In this document: positions 62,085-64,000 of the stretch, piece after piece
Layout: each line of letters opens with the position of its first letter
Numbering within the stretch: position 1 is the first letter of the stretch
From: Alphaproteobacteria bacterium
GTDB lineage: Bacteria; Pseudomonadota; Alphaproteobacteria; RF32; CAG-239
Direction: 5' to 3'
Assembly: GCA_047975765.1 (NCBI GenBank)
Contig: JBKEEF010000003.1
Location: 3,923-67,922 of the forward strand
DNA: 64,000 nucleotides
Notes under the pieces: model-generated
Database searches by the model: none
Told to the model about the DNA's origin: nothing
Seen by the model: the letters and a program-made list of their open reading frames with translations, nothing else
Position numbers and translations under genes: made by a program

Positions 62085-62697
62085 CGAAGAACAAATTAGG
62101 CAAATTGCTGAAATCTGCAAGAAGGCAACTAAGCCTTTAGACGACAGACTTAAAAATCTTGTTCGTTTGGGTGCTGTGAAACTCGTAAAAGGTGGCAAGA
62201 CACAAAGCCTTCAGTTGGAAACAATGGGTGCTGAAGTTTTGGATAATGCTAAATTTTTAGAACCTTATGGGCTCACGGTTAGTCCACTCCCTGGTTCTGA
62301 GAGCTTGGTCGTGAATGTCACTGGCAATCCTTTTAACAATGTGGTTTTGGTGGTTGGTAATCGTGAAGTTCGCCTGAAAGATTTAGGAGCTGGACAAGTC
62401 GCTTTATATGATGCGAGCGGAACAAATATTCTTCTAGGAAATGATAACTCAATAACTGTTACGGCTTCAAAGAAAGTTAAAATCATAACCAAAGCAGCTG
62501 AAATTGAGGCTGAAACGGCAAAAATAACAGCTCAAACGTTCACGGCTGAAGCGACAACTGCGAACATAAAAGCAACTGCAATCAATCTCGCTGAAGGCGG
62601 GTTGCCTGTTGCGAGGTTGGGTGATGAGGTGGAAGTTGATCCTGTAAGTCATAAAGGAAAAATCACTACGGCTTCAACGATTGTAAAGGCGGGGTAA
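62077..62697 (+). CDS. Baseplate assembly/spike protein (Mu gp45, GpV-like)
   Basis: 206 aa; beta-rich N-terminus. Confidence 0.5.
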   Translation: MFNEEQIRQIAEICKKATKPLDDRLKNLVRLGAVKLVKGGKTQSLQLETMGAEVLDNAKFLEPYGLTVSPLPGSESLVVNVTGNPFNNVVLVVGNREVRLKDLGAGQVALYDASGTNILLGNDNSITVTASKKVKIITKAAEIEAETAKITAQTFTAEATTANIKATAINLAEGGLPVARLGDEVEVDPVSHKGKITTASTIVKAG

Positions 62698-62698
62698 G

Positions 62699-63103
62699 AT
62701 GAAAAAGATTGTTGATATAAGAGACATAGACTTAACGGCTATCAAAGACGACAAACTGAAGGCGATTTTAATTTGCATTTACACCAATGCCAAAGTTGAT
62801 GAAGTTGAGCTTCCTTTTGCAGGTAGCCCTAACGGGGGTTGGTGGGGTGATGCTTTTGAAATCAAGGTTGCGGGTAGAAAGATAAAATACACCTTAGGGT
62901 CTAAGCTCTGGACATTAATGACTGGCAAGTTGAATGATGAAATTGCTGAAGAAGTTAGGGGTTATGTCAAAACATCTTTAAGTGTCCTGGTCTCTGCCAA
63001 AGTCATCTCTGCGCCAACTGTGGTGGTTGAAAGAATTGATAATCGTGTCAATCTTTTGCTTATTTTTGAAAATGAAACAATATCTTTAGAAGGTTGGGAA
63101 TAA
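62699..63103 (+). CDS. Baseplate wedge protein (gp46, GpW/gp25-like)
   Basis: 134 aa. Confidence 0.5.
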   Translation: MKKIVDIRDIDLTAIKDDKLKAILICIYTNAKVDEVELPFAGSPNGGWWGDAFEIKVAGRKIKYTLGSKLWTLMTGKLNDEIAEEVRGYVKTSLSVLVSAKVISAPTVVVERIDNRVNLLLIFENETISLEGWE

Positions 63104-64000
63104 TGGCTTTTGTAGTAGATGACTTAAAAACTTTAATCACAAATATTGAGCTTGCTTATGAAAACAAGATGAAAGATAAGATGCCGATTGCTGAACAAAA
63201 AGTCAATGCGCGTATCTTGGCGAATGCTTGTAATGCACTCAATCATTTCATTGCTTATAATGCTCAGCAGATCTTGCCAACAACGGCCGACTATGAACAT
63301 TTAGTTGAGCATTGTGCTGCTAAAGGCATTTATCCAAAGCGAAAAACAAAAGCGAGCGGTCGTTATAAGGTAAAAGGCACAGTTGGTGCGACGGTGCTTG
63401 TTGGCCAAGTTCTGAATCGTAAAAAAGACAATTTAGAATATATCGTTGATAGTTCAGTGATTTTGTCAGCTGAAGAGCAAGAAATTCAAATAACTTGTAA
63501 AACTGCGGGTGTGATTGGAAATTGCACGGCTGGTGAAAAAATGAGCTTTGCTCAAGCCATTGCGGGTGTCGAAACTGAAGGTGAAGTTGTGTCATTTGGT
63601 GCTGGCGCTGATGATGAAAGTCCAGAGGAATTATTAGCTAGATATCTTCAGGTTGTGCAAAATCCTGACAATGGGGGAAATCCACAAGACTATGTTCGTT
63701 GGGCTTTGCAGGTTGAAGGTGTTTCTAAAGCTTGGGCATATCCCCACGAAGCTGGCACAGGTAGTATAGTAATTAGAATTTGGACACCATCTGGACCAGC
63801 TGATGCCGAACTAAGGGAAAAAGTAAAAGAATATATTAAAACCGTTTGTCCAGCAGATGTTAAAAGAATTGTTGTCTTAACTCTAATTCAAGAATCTGTT
63901 GATGTTGTCGCAACGATTGTTCCTAACACACCAGAAGTTCATGAAGCTGCCGAAGGCGAATTAAAATCATTGTTCTTGCGTAAAATTGAACCAGGAATGA
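63103..64000 (+). CDS. Baseplate J-like protein (gp47), N-terminal ~299 aa; runs off the window
   Basis: TAATG overlap start; translation MAFVVDDLKTL... stays open to the window edge; resembles the Baseplate_J family. Not in the ORF track because it is truncated. Confidence 0.55.
   Translation, partial: MAFVVDDLKTLITNIELAYENKMKDKMPIAEQKVNARILANACNALNHFIAYNAQQILPTTADYEHLVEHCAAKGIYPKRKTKASGRYKVKGTVGATVLVGQVLNRKKDNLEYIVDSSVILSAEEQEIQITCKTAGVIGNCTAGEKMSFAQAIAGVETEGEVVSFGAGADDESPEELLARYLQVVQNPDNGGNPQDYVRWALQVEGVSKAWAYPHEAGTGSIVIRIWTPSGPADAELREKVKEYIKTVCPADVKRIVVLTLIQESVDVVATIVPNTPEVHEAAEGELKSLFLRKIEPGM

Noticed and set aside
63320-63595. 91-aa minus-strand ORF
   Set aside because: Antisense to the baseplate J-like gene, which reads openly through this region on the + strand.
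1-64000. Search for tRNA, rRNA and CRISPR arrays, including a tRNA att site for the prophage
   Set aside because: No cloverleaf-compatible sequence was found in any intergenic region and no regularly spaced direct repeats. Mu-type phages transpose rather than use tRNA attB sites, so absence is expected.

Overview
The window holds low-GC (~35-38%) alphaproteobacterium-like chromosome (Rhizobiales-type L7/L12, NusG and long-linker FtsZ). The left ~33 kb is core genome: partial ackA and pta, ndk, a shortened dcw cell-division cluster (mraY-ftsW-murB-ftsQ-ftsA-ftsZ), a convergent rpoC-rpoB-rplL-rplJ-rplA-rplK-nusG-secE block, a porin, an MFS/PfkB sugar pair, a CorC-family transporter, desulfoferrodoxin plus an FMN reductase, a small accessory patch (unknown 92-aa protein + macro-domain protein, GNAT) and an AT-rich PG-binding/lysozyme-like gene. 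From ~34.7 kb to the end of the window lies a near-complete Mu-like transposable prophage whose right end is outside the window. It has att-end-like repeats, S24 repressor/Ner/MuA/MuB, GemA, Mor, many small unknown early ORFs, a holin-like ORF, GH108 endolysin, TraR zinc finger, terminase small/large, portal, Mu-F, protease I, major head T, sheath, tube, tape measure and baseplate genes. It also carries an opposite-strand cargo gene with its own promoter and terminator. No tRNA, rRNA or CRISPR array was seen. All calls come from reading the six-frame translations and the DNA directly; no database search was possible.
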